DNA of 64,000 nucleotides, from positions 1-64,000 of the forward strand of contig JAYTSD010000001.1 of NCBI GenBank assembly GCA_043745805.1, given 5' to 3'. Under the pieces are notes generated by a model. That model had not been told where the DNA came from, ran no database searches, and worked only from the letters and a program-made list of their open reading frames with translations. How positions within the stretch are numbered: position 1 is the first letter of the stretch; each line of letters starts with the position of its first letter. The position numbers and the translations under genes were made by a program. This DNA is from Fibrobacteria bacterium (GTDB taxonomy: Bacteria; Fibrobacterota; Fibrobacteria; UBA11236). Shown here piece after piece: positions 31,427 to 41,497 of the stretch.

Positions 31427-32380
31427 GTGGAAAAATTAAGGTTATTTGGGTTCAAATTGTTTCAGGGGGCTCGTTTGTTGAAGTCTATACCATTTTATGC
31501 AATTATTGTTACTGGTTTACTTTTATCTGCTTGTAAAAAGAAAGAAGCACCTGCGGTTATTGAAGAGGTTAATGCTCCTCAAGTATCTGCCGAAGGTAGT
31601 GAAACCGATACCTCGGCTATGCTCAAAGAAGAGCCCGCGCTAAAAGCTTTGGGTGAAAAAGCTGGCCACGATGGCAAATCAAAAAAATCCAAAAAAGAAA
31701 AAGGTAATACCGCTGATATTCCCAAAGCCGCAGACAAGGCTGGGCTTAGTGAAAACGGCCGCATTGCGGTACAAGTAAGTGTATTTAAAAGCAAAAAAAT
31801 GGCAGAAAATTTAATGGCTAAATTGGCTAGTGCCGGCTATCCTGCTTATGTAACGGAAGTGGAAAGTCCCACTCCTGAGCTTGCAGGGACTTATCATCGT
31901 GTGCGTGTAGGCTATTTTGCAAAAATATCCGAAGCCAATACCTTCGGTGAAAATGTTTTAAAGCCTATGGGATACGATTTTTGGGTAGACAATAAATCTC
32001 ATGATAATACGGGTGGAGGTGAAGCACAGGTTTCCGCTCCCGTAGAAGAAAAACCAAAGACGCATACCCGAAGAAAGAAAAAATCTTCTGAAGCAGAGCC
32101 TGCTAGCCCTGCAAGTGATTTTTCTACAACGCCCTCCGCGCCATCTGAGCCTTCTATCCCTGCTGCACCAGCCTCGGAAAGTTGGGGTTCTCCTGCTTCG
32201 GAGCCAGCTACTCCTGCCGCTTCATCGGCCCCTGAAAGTACAACTCCTGCACCATCGGTACCCAGCGAACCAACAAAAGCATTGGAACCTCCTGCTCCCG
32301 CTAATGACAGTTGGGGTGCACCAAAGAGTGAGCCTACCGCTCCCGATACTGGGAAAAGTCCCGGTAAAGATGCTTGGTAA
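31427..32380 (+). CDS. SPOR-domain lipoprotein with Pro/Ser/Ala-rich tail
   Basis: LLLSAC lipobox; VQVSVF...YHRVRVG.F SPOR motif; start uncertain. Confidence 0.75.
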   Translation: MEKLRLFGFKLFQGARLLKSIPFYAIIVTGLLLSACKKKEAPAVIEEVNAPQVSAEGSETDTSAMLKEEPALKALGEKAGHDGKSKKSKKEKGNTADIPKAADKAGLSENGRIAVQVSVFKSKKMAENLMAKLASAGYPAYVTEVESPTPELAGTYHRVRVGYFAKISEANTFGENVLKPMGYDFWVDNKSHDNTGGGEAQVSAPVEEKPKTHTRRKKKSSEAEPASPASDFSTTPSAPSEPSIPAAPASESWGSPASEPATPAASSAPESTTPAPSVPSEPTKALEPPAPANDSWGAPKSEPTAPDTGKSPGKDAW

Positions 32381-33741
32381 AAATAAGACCTTATTCAGTG
32401 CCAGCTAAATCTTCTCAAACCGCGCGTACCGGAATCGATAAAAAAGTACGCATCATCAATTTAGGTTGCTCCAAAAACCAAGTCGATAGCGAAAATATTT
32501 TAGGTGAATTTGGCCGTGCCGGATTTACACGCGCCCATGAAGACGAGGCCCCTCAGGTTACCGTGATCAATACCTGTGGTTTTATTGAGTCCGCCAAAGA
32601 AGAATCCGTACAAGAAATATTGGATACCTTGCAACAAAGAGCCAAGGGTGAAAAAATTGTGGTAGCGGGATGTTTATCCCAACGTTACATGGAAGAATTA
32701 AAAAAAGACATTCCCGAAGTGGATCTTTTTGTGGGAACTTATCATCCCGGCGAAATGCTTGCCAAATTAGGGTTGGATTCTACAAAGCCTTCGGATTGTG
32801 ATTTTGGAGCGGCTCCTCGCACTTTAATGGGTGATGAACCGCATCATGCTTTTTTAAAAATTGCTGAAGGTTGCAATCGTATTTGTGGTTTCTGCGCCAT
32901 ACCCGGTATGCGCGGGAAACAAAGAAGCAAAAGTATTGCCGATATTGTTAAAGAAGCACAAGAGCTACAAAGCTGGGGTATTCAAGAAATTTCTTTGATA
33001 GCGCAAGACCTAACTTATTTTGGGCGTGAACAAGGCGGTAAAGAAACTTTGCAACAATTGTTACATGCCTTATTGCAACATACCGATATTCCTTGGATAC
33101 GTATGATGTATGCCTATCCCGCGTTTGTCGATGATGGATTAATTGATTTAATGGCCTCGGAAAAACGCATTTGTAAGTATTTAGATATTCCTATTCAACA
33201 TGCCAGCGATAATGTTTTAAAGGCTATGCGCCGTAATTATACCCACGCCGATATGCGTCATTTATTTTCGCAGATGCGTAAAGCCATGCCGGAGATTTCT
33301 TTGCGTACCACGGTACTTCTAGGTTACCCTGGGGAAACCGAAAAAGATGTGGACGAGTTACTGGCTTTTATGGAAGAAGTACGCTTTAAGCATTTAGGTG
33401 GTTTTACTTATTCCGATGAAGACGGCACTTATGCTTTTGATCTCAAGGATAAAGTGGAACTAGAAGTGATGGAAGAACGTTTAGAAAGAGTAATGGCTTT
33501 ACAGCAAGAAATTTCTAGCGAAGAAAACCAAAAACGTATTGGTAAAACTCTGGAAGTATTGATTGATGGGGTTGCTGAAGGTGAAGACTATCGTTTTATA
33601 GGCCGCACTCAAGGGGATGCGCCGGAAGTGGATAATCGGGTATTGATTTATGCAGATGGTGATGCCGCTCCAGGGACTTTCCGCCAAGTATTTATTACTG
33701 ACTCTTTGGAATATGATTTAGAAGGTAAGTTGGTTGAATAA
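32374..33741 (+). CDS. rimO: Ribosomal protein S12 methylthiotransferase
   Basis: LGCSKNQVDSE, NTCGFI, CNRICGFC, DAPEVD TRAM domain. Confidence 0.95.
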   Translation: MVKIRPYSVPAKSSQTARTGIDKKVRIINLGCSKNQVDSENILGEFGRAGFTRAHEDEAPQVTVINTCGFIESAKEESVQEILDTLQQRAKGEKIVVAGCLSQRYMEELKKDIPEVDLFVGTYHPGEMLAKLGLDSTKPSDCDFGAAPRTLMGDEPHHAFLKIAEGCNRICGFCAIPGMRGKQRSKSIADIVKEAQELQSWGIQEISLIAQDLTYFGREQGGKETLQQLLHALLQHTDIPWIRMMYAYPAFVDDGLIDLMASEKRICKYLDIPIQHASDNVLKAMRRNYTHADMRHLFSQMRKAMPEISLRTTVLLGYPGETEKDVDELLAFMEEVRFKHLGGFTYSDEDGTYAFDLKDKVELEVMEERLERVMALQQEISSEENQKRIGKTLEVLIDGVAEGEDYRFIGRTQGDAPEVDNRVLIYADGDAAPGTFRQVFITDSLEYDLEGKLVE

Positions 33742-33898
33742 ACCACTTTCTAATTGAGTTCTTTTCTTCTCAAACACATATTTATTTACTGATTAAAATT
33801 TGCTGGTCATTATTTGAACAGAAAGAAATTTTTTTAGGCGATTATTAGCACTTTAAATTCTTGAAGCTATTAAAAACCATTTTTTGGCGTGTAAACAT

Positions 33899-33915
33899 TT
33901 GGCAAAGCTTTTGCT
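33899..33915 (+). promoter_or_regulatory. Sigma-54 (-24/-12) promoter
   Basis: TTGGCAAAGCTTTTGCT: GG-N10-GC with TTGC. Confidence 0.7.
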
Positions 33916-33925
33916 GTACTTAATA

Positions 33926-34032
33926 GTACAGAGAAACTTTAAAGCAACTTACCCGCGCAACGGAATTTCGTCGGTGACCTGAAGGGCCGGCGGAATCAAT
34001 GCGGAGGGACGACACCTAAGTCGTCCCTTTTT
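33926..34032 (+). ncRNA. Candidate structured small RNA
   Basis: No ORF; GC-rich stem TTTCGTCGGT/GCCGGCGGAA with G-U pairs; own terminator; 5' end estimated from the promoter. Confidence 0.55.
34005..34032 (+). terminator. Intrinsic terminator of the candidate sRNA
   Basis: AGGGACGAC-ACCTAA-GTCGTCCCT followed by T run. Confidence 0.8.
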
Positions 34033-34056
34033 CGTTTCCCAGATTTTTTTAGAAGT

Positions 34057-34515
34057 TTAGCGAAGACGTAAAGTGTCGGGACCAGATGATTTTTCGAAAT
34101 GGCAAAGGCATGTATTCGTGCTTAATTGAAAAATGCTTTCATAAGGCTTGTCTTTATAATTTATATGCACATTTAGACTTGCACTGGTTCCATCTATTTT
34201 TCGCACTAAAGAATCATTAAAAATTTGATAACGTCCGACACTATAGCCAGTTGTATCCACCAAATCTAAAGGCGTTTGTGCTTGATTCAAATAAAGTTTA
34301 ACGGTGGCTGAGGTAATCGGATGTTCATCGGTATCAACTAGGTATAAATTAAGTATCCGATAGCCCTTACATTTTGGGCAGTCAGTAGACTCCACATGAA
34401 ATTCACAGGCCCAAAAAAGGCTTCCAAAAACGAGAAAAGAAAGTATTCCGAATAAAATTTTGTTACGCATTTGGGTTAAAGTAACAAAAAAGGAGCTTGA
34501 TATCACTTGTTTCAA
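34057..34515 (-). CDS. Hypothetical Cys-containing lipoprotein
   Basis: LFWAC lipobox; real start probably MRNK. Confidence 0.55.
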   Translation of the reverse strand: MKQVISSSFFVTLTQMRNKILFGILSFLVFGSLFWACEFHVESTDCPKCKGYRILNLYLVDTDEHPITSATVKLYLNQAQTPLDLVDTTGYSVGRYQIFNDSLVRKIDGTSASLNVHINYKDKPYESIFQLSTNTCLCHFEKSSGPDTLRLR

Positions 34516-34588
34516 GGGAAAGCGACAGGGAAATTCCCATTTTCCCCTTTAATTACCTATTTTTCAGCCGCTTATTGACGGGAGAATT

Positions 34589-37500
34589 ATGGGACTATTG
34601 AATTTTTTAAAACCAGCATGGAAGCATAGCAATCCCTCGATACGGGCCGCAGCGATTCAAGGTTTGGCCGAGGATCAGCAAGATATTTTGCTTTCCATAG
34701 CCTTACAAGATAGCGATGTAAATAATCGCAAAGCCGCCTCCAAAAAAATTACTGAAAAAAGTCAATTACAGTCGTTGCTTGCAAAATCGGATGACACTGT
34801 TTTAAAAGAAATAGCCTCCAAAAAAATAAGTGAGCTCTTGACGAGTGCCGCTAAAAATGAATGCAAGAGTGATAGTGATTTACAACAAGCTAAAGAAGCA
34901 TTATCACAAATTACCGAACAAAAATGGTTAGAAGATATTGCGCAATTCGCAAAGTCGGTAGAAATTCGTAAACAAGCCTATTCCAAACTCACGCATGCCA
35001 GCGCCTTTTTTGCTTTAGCCCAAAATGAAGAAAATGCAGATTTAGCCTTAGTCGCCTTTGCCAAGGTAACACGTGTAAATCAATTGGAAAGCTTGAGCAA
35101 AAATGCGAAGAGCGCAATTATACGCAAAGCCGCCAAAGAAAAAATTAAAGATTTAGAAAAGGCGCAAGCCGCCGAAAAGAAAGATGCCATCAACTTAGCC
35201 AAGTTAAATGTACTCATGCAAACTGTAGAAAATATTCGGCAGGTTTTTGAAAAAAATGCATTGATTGATAATTGGAAATCCAGTTTAGAACAATTAGAGG
35301 ATGCCGAAAAAAGTTTACAGCAATTTTTACAAATGGGTTTAGCGCCCACTCCTGAGCAGGCTGCAAGCTTTCGCATCAGTCGGGATTTTATTCGTAATCG
35401 TATGGATAATCACGCAGCGGATTTAATGGCCAAGCAACTGAAACAATTACGTCATCAGGAAATTTTGGTGGAACGCAAAGAGATTTGTAATGCGCTCGAA
35501 GGTTTGGTCAGCGAGGATAGTTTAAATAGCGAAGCCTTATCCGAACTAAAAACCAAATGGCGGGAATTAGGCACTATTGATGGCCCTCAAGAAGAAGAGA
35601 TACAAGCAACATACCGTAACCTCTGTGATAATTTACAAAAAGCCGAATGGCGTCGCCAAAAAACTAAAGAAGAGGCTCTTCGTCGCGTAGAAGAAGATCG
35701 TCAACAAAAAGAACAAGCCATTGTTGAAGCGGAAAAAGTAGAAGGTTATAAACTCAATCAAAGCAAACTCGAAGCTTTGATTGTGCAAGTTGAAGCCACT
35801 TTAGAATTGCATGATATGCGTGAAATGGAAAAGGTTTTTAAAGAGCTTTCCCATACTTGGAAAAATACGGGGCCAGCTCCCGAAGCCGTGCAAACAGGTT
35901 TATTAGATCGTTTCCGTGCGGCACAAGAGCGCTATCGCGAAATTCAAGATTGGTTACGTTGGTCAAACTTGCGTAGTAAGCAAGAAGTATGTGATAAATT
36001 AGAAGCCTTATTAAAAAGTGAAATCGATAAAGGCGTGGTACAAGAATTTAAAGCTCTTTTGGCGGATTGGAAAAGCTTCGGTCCGGTGCCTTGGGATAGT
36101 TCGGAAGCTTTATGGGAACGCTATCATCAAGTTTGCGACAGCTTATATGAAAAAACCCGTGGTTATTTTGCTGAACTCGAAGAAGAACGCGAAGGTAATT
36201 TAAAAAGCAAAGAAGAGCTTTGTGCTAAGGTGGAAGCTTTGGCAGAGTCTACCGAATGGCGTGAAGCCATGGATACGGTTAAAGAAGCGCAAAGTAATTG
36301 GAAAGCGATTGGCGCCGTTCCTCGCGAACAATCCGAAGCTTTATGGACGCGCTTTAAAACGGCATGTGACTTATTCTATGGTCGTCGCGAAAAATATTTT
36401 GGCGAGAGCTTGGTCGCAAAAGTGGCTTTATGCGAGCTAGTAGAATCCTTACAAGATTCTACCGCTTGGAAAATCACTGGGCAAAAAATTAAAGAAGCCC
36501 AAGAACAATGGAAAACTTTAGGTCCTGTAGCCCGTAAAGATTCCGAAACGATTTGGAATCGCTTTCATACGGCTTGCGATAAATTTTATCAAGCGCGCCA
36601 TACTTTCATGGAACAATTGGATAGCGAAAGACCTTTCAATTTAGCGAAGAAAGAAGAGCTTTGCCGCTTAGTGGAAACCATCGATGAATTAGCTACGGAT
36701 GAGGAACGCTATAATTGCATACGCGAAGCGCAAGTGGCTTGGAAAGAAATTGGACCGGTTACTAAAGAGCAGGAACAACCTTTATGGGAACGCTTCCGCA
36801 AACCCTGCGACGCTTTTTTTGAATCGCGTAAAGCCAAATTCTCCGAAGATCAAAGTGCTCGCGAAGAGAATCAAAAATTAAAAGAAGAACTTTGTGTGGA
36901 AGCCGAAAGCTTGATGAATAGTCAAGACTGGAAGAACACTATTGAAAAATATAAAGTGCTGCAAGAAAAATGGAAAGCCATTGGCCAAGCCCCACGCGAA
37001 ATCGACAATGTTTTATGGAAACGTTACCGAACAGCTTGCGATGGTTTCTTTACGAAATTAAAAGCCAATTCGGCACTGATGGAAAAAGAACGCCAATTCA
37101 ATTTGAAGAAAAAAGAAGATTTGTGTTTTGAAGTAGAAGCGATGCTGCATCGTGAATTAACTCCTGAAGAAGCCAAGCGTCGTATGGATTGGCAATTGGA
37201 AAAGCTTTCCAAAAACTTTGGTTATTTCCAAGCCAAAGACGGTCCTATTGATTGGAAAGCCAGTTTTGAAAATGTGAAGGCCATACAAAAAGATTGGAAA
37301 AAAATAGGTCATGTTCCACGCGATAAGAGCGATGCTATTTGGGATAGATTTCACAAAGCCTGCGATGATTTTTTTGAAGAACGTCGCAAAGCCTTGGGAC
37401 TTCCCGAAAGTGATCCTGCCATTAATTTAGAACGTAAATTAGAGATTATTACCGAGGCAGAATCCATTGCCAATGCTGAAAAATCCGAAGAAGGACAAAA

Positions 37501-37642
37501 GCGTATGCGTGACTTACAAAGAAATTGGAAACGTATTGGGCCCGTGCCTCAAGCGCAAAATGAATTTGTGTGGAAACGTTTCCGTACCGCCTGTGATACG
37601 GTATTAGGTGCGGTATCTCAAGTGGAAAATGCAACGGCTTAA
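34589..37642 (+). CDS. DUF349 repeat protein with N-terminal HEAT-like region
   Basis: Repeated W..IGPV......LW.RF..ACD.F units. Confidence 0.85.
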   Translation: MGLLNFLKPAWKHSNPSIRAAAIQGLAEDQQDILLSIALQDSDVNNRKAASKKITEKSQLQSLLAKSDDTVLKEIASKKISELLTSAAKNECKSDSDLQQAKEALSQITEQKWLEDIAQFAKSVEIRKQAYSKLTHASAFFALAQNEENADLALVAFAKVTRVNQLESLSKNAKSAIIRKAAKEKIKDLEKAQAAEKKDAINLAKLNVLMQTVENIRQVFEKNALIDNWKSSLEQLEDAEKSLQQFLQMGLAPTPEQAASFRISRDFIRNRMDNHAADLMAKQLKQLRHQEILVERKEICNALEGLVSEDSLNSEALSELKTKWRELGTIDGPQEEEIQATYRNLCDNLQKAEWRRQKTKEEALRRVEEDRQQKEQAIVEAEKVEGYKLNQSKLEALIVQVEATLELHDMREMEKVFKELSHTWKNTGPAPEAVQTGLLDRFRAAQERYREIQDWLRWSNLRSKQEVCDKLEALLKSEIDKGVVQEFKALLADWKSFGPVPWDSSEALWERYHQVCDSLYEKTRGYFAELEEEREGNLKSKEELCAKVEALAESTEWREAMDTVKEAQSNWKAIGAVPREQSEALWTRFKTACDLFYGRREKYFGESLVAKVALCELVESLQDSTAWKITGQKIKEAQEQWKTLGPVARKDSETIWNRFHTACDKFYQARHTFMEQLDSERPFNLAKKEELCRLVETIDELATDEERYNCIREAQVAWKEIGPVTKEQEQPLWERFRKPCDAFFESRKAKFSEDQSAREENQKLKEELCVEAESLMNSQDWKNTIEKYKVLQEKWKAIGQAPREIDNVLWKRYRTACDGFFTKLKANSALMEKERQFNLKKKEDLCFEVEAMLHRELTPEEAKRRMDWQLEKLSKNFGYFQAKDGPIDWKASFENVKAIQKDWKKIGHVPRDKSDAIWDRFHKACDDFFEERRKALGLPESDPAINLERKLEIITEAESIANAEKSEEGQKRMRDLQRNWKRIGPVPQAQNEFVWKRFRTACDTVLGAVSQVENATA

Positions 37643-37666
37643 AAGCGAGTGCAAGTTTATAGTGAG
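37514..37666 (+). repeat. DUF349 3'-end repeat, copy 1
   Basis: Matches 41764-41917; 37549-37616 identical to 41799-41866 (68 bp). Confidence 0.95.
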
Positions 37667-37688
37667 CATTTTCTTACTATAAACTTTT
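37653..37688 (+). terminator. Terminator hairpin after DUF349 gene
   Basis: AAGTTTATAGTGAG...CTTACTATAAACTT. Confidence 0.6.
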
Positions 37689-37715
37689 GGTTTTCTATTC
37701 CGCTTTTAAAATAAT

Positions 37716-38573
37716 TTAAAACCGTTTAGAAATAATTAATGCGGCCCCATTAATACCGTCGCGTCCATAAATCGGATTTAATTTTAATGCGGCTAATTTT
37801 TGAGAATTATTTTTTGAAAAAAGGTGTGAAGTTAATTCATAAAACCCCGCATTTGCTAAAGGAAGAATTATTGAAGCAATAGTAAGTTCGAGTTGAAGGT
37901 TACTCATAATTTCGCTGGGTGTCGCATCTGGAGAGCTGGATGCACTTGCAGAAAATGGTGCTGAGGCCACAATTCCACCATAATAGGTTGCAGACAATGA
38001 ACCTTTACCTCCCATCAAGTTTCCTACACTATAAACTGCAAGGGGAGATACAATAAATTCAGCTCCTAGACCCAACATGCCTGCGCCAAAACAGTCTCCG
38101 CCACCACAAGTAGCTGAATATGTTCCCCATGCGGCAAGCCCTCCAACGATGTCTCCCGCCAAAGATTCAAGGAAAAATCGCGTTACCGAAAATGAAGAAC
38201 GATTATCTGCTTTGGATTTTTGAATCGGATTAGTCGGTGTAACAGCGGAAACGGAAGAATTAATATTTTGTTTGGGTTCAATCTGCTGAGATTGAGTAGG
38301 CCGTTTCTTTTGATTTGCTTCCACTAAAGGTTGTGCTAATACCTCTTCGGATATAATCTTTTCCACCAAATCCATTTTATAAACGAAAGTATTTCCATCA
38401 CTGGTTTGGATTTTTAAACTTTGGCCTAATTCTTCTTCTAAGATATTGCATTTGATAATACTTCCATTCTTTAAATAAACAATCTGCTTGCCTTCTGTTT
38501 GAGTTAAAAGAAAAAGTAAGCCTAAGAGGAAGGCAAAATTTATTTTATGGTACGCTAGCATGCTAAACATCAA
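37716..38573 (-). CDS. Secreted protein: conserved VYLKNGSII N-domain plus Gly-rich hydrophobic C-domain
   Basis: Signal peptide; N-domain paralogous to 38623..39576. Confidence 0.6.
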   Translation of the reverse strand: MMFSMLAYHKINFAFLLGLLFLLTQTEGKQIVYLKNGSIIKCNILEEELGQSLKIQTSDGNTFVYKMDLVEKIISEEVLAQPLVEANQKKRPTQSQQIEPKQNINSSVSAVTPTNPIQKSKADNRSSFSVTRFFLESLAGDIVGGLAAWGTYSATCGGGDCFGAGMLGLGAEFIVSPLAVYSVGNLMGGKGSLSATYYGGIVASAPFSASASSSPDATPSEIMSNLQLELTIASIILPLANAGFYELTSHLFSKNNSQKLAALKLNPIYGRDGINGAALIISKRF

Positions 38574-38622
38574 TGACTCCGATACGGATTAAGTTATAAG
38601 TGAGTATTCGGTTTATTTTATT

Positions 38623-39576
38623 TTAAAATCCGACCCCGGTTTGAATCGCAAATCTAGGAGAAACAAATTCAATAGAAAAGGACTGTGATTCCGTGGAGGT
38701 CTTTATTGAATTTTTAATATTAATACGAGAAACACTATAGCTTCCCTCAAGACTCAGTTTAATGGACTTCCTTGGGATAGAAAAAATCAATCCACCGCCC
38801 GTACCCCAAAAAAAACCTCCCGCTGAAGTTATAGTTTGCCCTACTTCAGTAGCATTTACTCCAGTATTAGGTCCCGGAAAAAAAAGGTCATAACCTAAAT
38901 TAATTAAGAGAAATGGAAAAAATCCACGTAATAATTCTGTGGATAGTCTTGCTGAACCAAAAAGGGGTAAGATGTTGCCTAAATCATCTAGATCGTCAGA
39001 ATCTGGATGCTCAAATTTTATTGTTGTGAAATAACTTGCACCCAAACCTAATGCTAAATGGGAGATAACAGGCGCCTCCACAGACGCCTGAATGGAAAAA
39101 TTTTTATCTAGGTTAGCTTTGCCCTTATAATTCCTAAGGGTATCACCACAGGTTGAGCAAGTATAATCGACATAAGTACCATTTACTGTGCTCGTCATTG
39201 CAGCAGGAAAGTTGTACCCCGCTTTGATATAATAGGTAAAAAGCCGCTTTGAATTTTTGGGTGCCTCTTCGGTCGCTGGCGTTGCTACCAAAGTAGTAGT
39301 ATTACTAATAGGTGGGTTAATTTGAATTGGAGCTAATACTGGTTGTTCTTCTTCAAATAATATTTTTTTCACCATGTCCATTTTATAGACAAAAAGACTT
39401 CCATCACTGCTTTGGATTTTCAAACTTTGATTTGGAATTTGTTCAAGTATCACACCTTTAATGATGCTTCCGTCTTTTAAGTAAACGACCTCCTTACTTT
39501 CTGCGGAATTCATAAGGAAAAATAACCCCAAAAGGAAACATATTTTTTTAGGGTTAAATATTATGTTTGACATCAT
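38623..39576 (-). CDS. Secreted protein: conserved VYLKDGSII N-domain plus outer-membrane beta-barrel
   Basis: Signal peptide; amphipathic strands ending GVGF. Confidence 0.65.
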   Translation of the reverse strand: MMSNIIFNPKKICFLLGLFFLMNSAESKEVVYLKDGSIIKGVILEQIPNQSLKIQSSDGSLFVYKMDMVKKILFEEEQPVLAPIQINPPISNTTTLVATPATEEAPKNSKRLFTYYIKAGYNFPAAMTSTVNGTYVDYTCSTCGDTLRNYKGKANLDKNFSIQASVEAPVISHLALGLGASYFTTIKFEHPDSDDLDDLGNILPLFGSARLSTELLRGFFPFLLINLGYDLFFPGPNTGVNATEVGQTITSAGGFFWGTGGGLIFSIPRKSIKLSLEGSYSVSRINIKNSIKTSTESQSFSIEFVSPRFAIQTGVGF

Positions 39577-39661
39577 TGACTCCGATTGGGATTAAGTTAA
39601 AAGTTAATTAATTGATATTATTAAATACACTATTTGGTTATTGTAAGGAAACTCGGTTATG

Positions 39662-40011
39662 TTAGATGCAAAAACCATCATAGGTAATTGTAGGCGTGTC
39701 TAAACCTTGGATACATCTATTAAGTGGACTCTTAGTAATGGGATTTTTCTTTCCCATGCAATCCGAATCCTTGTAACAGCTAAATCCACACGTATAACGG
39801 CCCGCTCCTAAATGCAGGGCTTCAGTACCGCAAAAACATTTATTTGTTATTGGCGCCCGGCATATCCGACATCAGTGCATGTTGGTGCCGTAGCAATTGG
39901 TTTAGTTGGAGTTTTTGTGGTGGCTTCTTCAACAGGTCCACTGGATTCACAACTTATACTTAATAGCATATAAGCAAGTATAAGTGTCCTAGCTATTTGA
40001 ATACTAAGCAT
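39662..40011 (-). pseudogene. Frameshifted Cys-rich lipoprotein (absent from ORF track)
   Basis: RBS plus MLSIQIARTLILAYMLLSISC lipobox ORF stops at 39847; a Cys-rich continuation (NKCFCG...TCGFSCYKDSDC...RCIQG) runs in another frame. Confidence 0.55.
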
Positions 40012-40074
40012 TTAATTTCCTATTTTTTAAATGGATTAATTGAAAGATAGTGGTATTCGTGGGTAACCTTTTTT

Positions 40075-41367
40075 CTACTTACCACAGGGGAGTATGGATT
40101 TTGTGAATGTGAAACCGATACCAACATTCACACTGACAATGTCTGACTTTAAGATATTACCGTCTAGCCACCATTGCCCAAAAAGAGGTGTTGGGCGATT
40201 GTTAATAGTTGTACTGCATTGGAAGTTAAAGCAGGTATAACTATTTGATGACGTTATGTATCGGATAAAACCATCGGAATCCAGTTCATAAATTGTTGTA
40301 TAATCAGAATGACTACCCGACTCAGCATCAATATTTTCGACCTTCTTATAATTACCTGCCACATTGCACTCAGCTGTAGTCATGGTTTTAGAGTAGGGAC
40401 AGTTTAAGATGTGGCTGCCCCACGAGTAATATCTGTCAAATGTAGAGCGTGTAAAGACACGACAACTTGCCCCGAATGCGATCTTGAGATTAAAAGATTG
40501 TGCGATTCCAGAAGTCGGGATCAGCTTTAGTGATTCACCATGAACCTCCCAAGTGCCTTTGACAGACCAGTTTTTGTACCTCATCTCTTCATAGGTATAT
40601 AACGGTGGGCCATTAAATAAAATCCCTGTTTCATCATTTGCATTCTTAAAATTATTTACTGTACTGTAATCACTTGTATATTGTTTTGAGACTAGCCAAG
40701 ATGGATGAGTAACAACCACAGGCAATGCCATAAGGACTATGTCACCCAAATTTTGATTTAAATCAGAAGTAATACCAACTTTTTTGGTAATGAATCCAAG
40801 TTTTGAGAAAGTTAATGAGTCAGCGTAAATAACAGTACTCTTTTTTAAGTCTTTAAATAAATCGGTAGAAAGAATATCACGATCTTGATCTATTTCAGGT
40901 TTAGAAACTGCAAGCCTATGAATCATAGATTGTGATCCCCAAATTATTTTTACAAAATAAATTCCTTGAGCATTTTTTTTCATTAAACTTGGAATGGAGA
41001 GAGAGTATTGCCCGAGTTCCATGTTTCGATTGAAAATTGTTTCCAGTTTGACGCCACTGATAGTATAAAGATCAATGCGAAGTGATTCCTTTGAAAATGC
41101 TTTAAATTGCAGGGTGTTTCCATATATTTTTATTTCAGAATGCTTTTCAGGGTTGTTTTTTAGGAAGCTTGGAACCGTTATAAAAGAAAAAGTACCCAAT
41201 ATTGAGGTAGTAGTAGAAACATTTTGGGATTGAACCTTAACTGTTACTCCTGCAATTGGACTTAATAGGGTATCGACTAAACGCCCCGATAATTCACCGC
41301 TATCGGACATGGCGACTCCAATTGTTATTAGTATAAAGTGCGCAATAAATTTTAATTTGACTGGCAT
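40075..41367 (-). CDS. Secreted protein: carboxypeptidase-regulatory-like domain with CTD-like insert and lipocalin-like C-terminal domains
   Basis: Signal peptide; LSGRLVD...PIAGVTV; LYTISG.KL...GIYFV; AAGGGG RBS favours ATG 41367. Confidence 0.55.
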   Translation of the reverse strand: MPVKLKFIAHFILITIGVAMSDSGELSGRLVDTLLSPIAGVTVKVQSQNVSTTTSILGTFSFITVPSFLKNNPEKHSEIKIYGNTLQFKAFSKESLRIDLYTISGVKLETIFNRNMELGQYSLSIPSLMKKNAQGIYFVKIIWGSQSMIHRLAVSKPEIDQDRDILSTDLFKDLKKSTVIYADSLTFSKLGFITKKVGITSDLNQNLGDIVLMALPVVVTHPSWLVSKQYTSDYSTVNNFKNANDETGILFNGPPLYTYEEMRYKNWSVKGTWEVHGESLKLIPTSGIAQSFNLKIAFGASCRVFTRSTFDRYYSWGSHILNCPYSKTMTTAECNVAGNYKKVENIDAESGSHSDYTTIYELDSDGFIRYITSSNSYTCFNFQCSTTINNRPTPLFGQWWLDGNILKSDIVSVNVGIGFTFTKSILPCGK

Positions 41368-41436
41368 AATTAGTTTTCCCCTTGTACTCGTCAATCAAAA
41401 AAAATGACCGAGTTAAGAAAAAAACAATTTTTGCAA

Positions 41437-41485
41437 ATCTTGTAAACTGACATTTCGCTGACAAGCATTTTAGGGGAAGCAAAAG
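41437..41485 (-). promoter_or_regulatory. 49-bp upstream element, copy 1 (TGTCA-N6-TGTCA direct repeat)
   Basis: 48/49 identical to 45684-45732. Confidence 0.8.
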
Positions 41486-41497
41486 GAGAGGGAAGTA

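Noticed and set aside
32100-32380. Repeated SWG.P.SEP units in the SPOR protein tail
   Set aside because: Low-complexity linker; only two loose copies
33845-33871. CIRCE-like TTAGCACTT-N9-GAAGCTATT
   Set aside because: Right arm is a poor match and no chaperone gene follows
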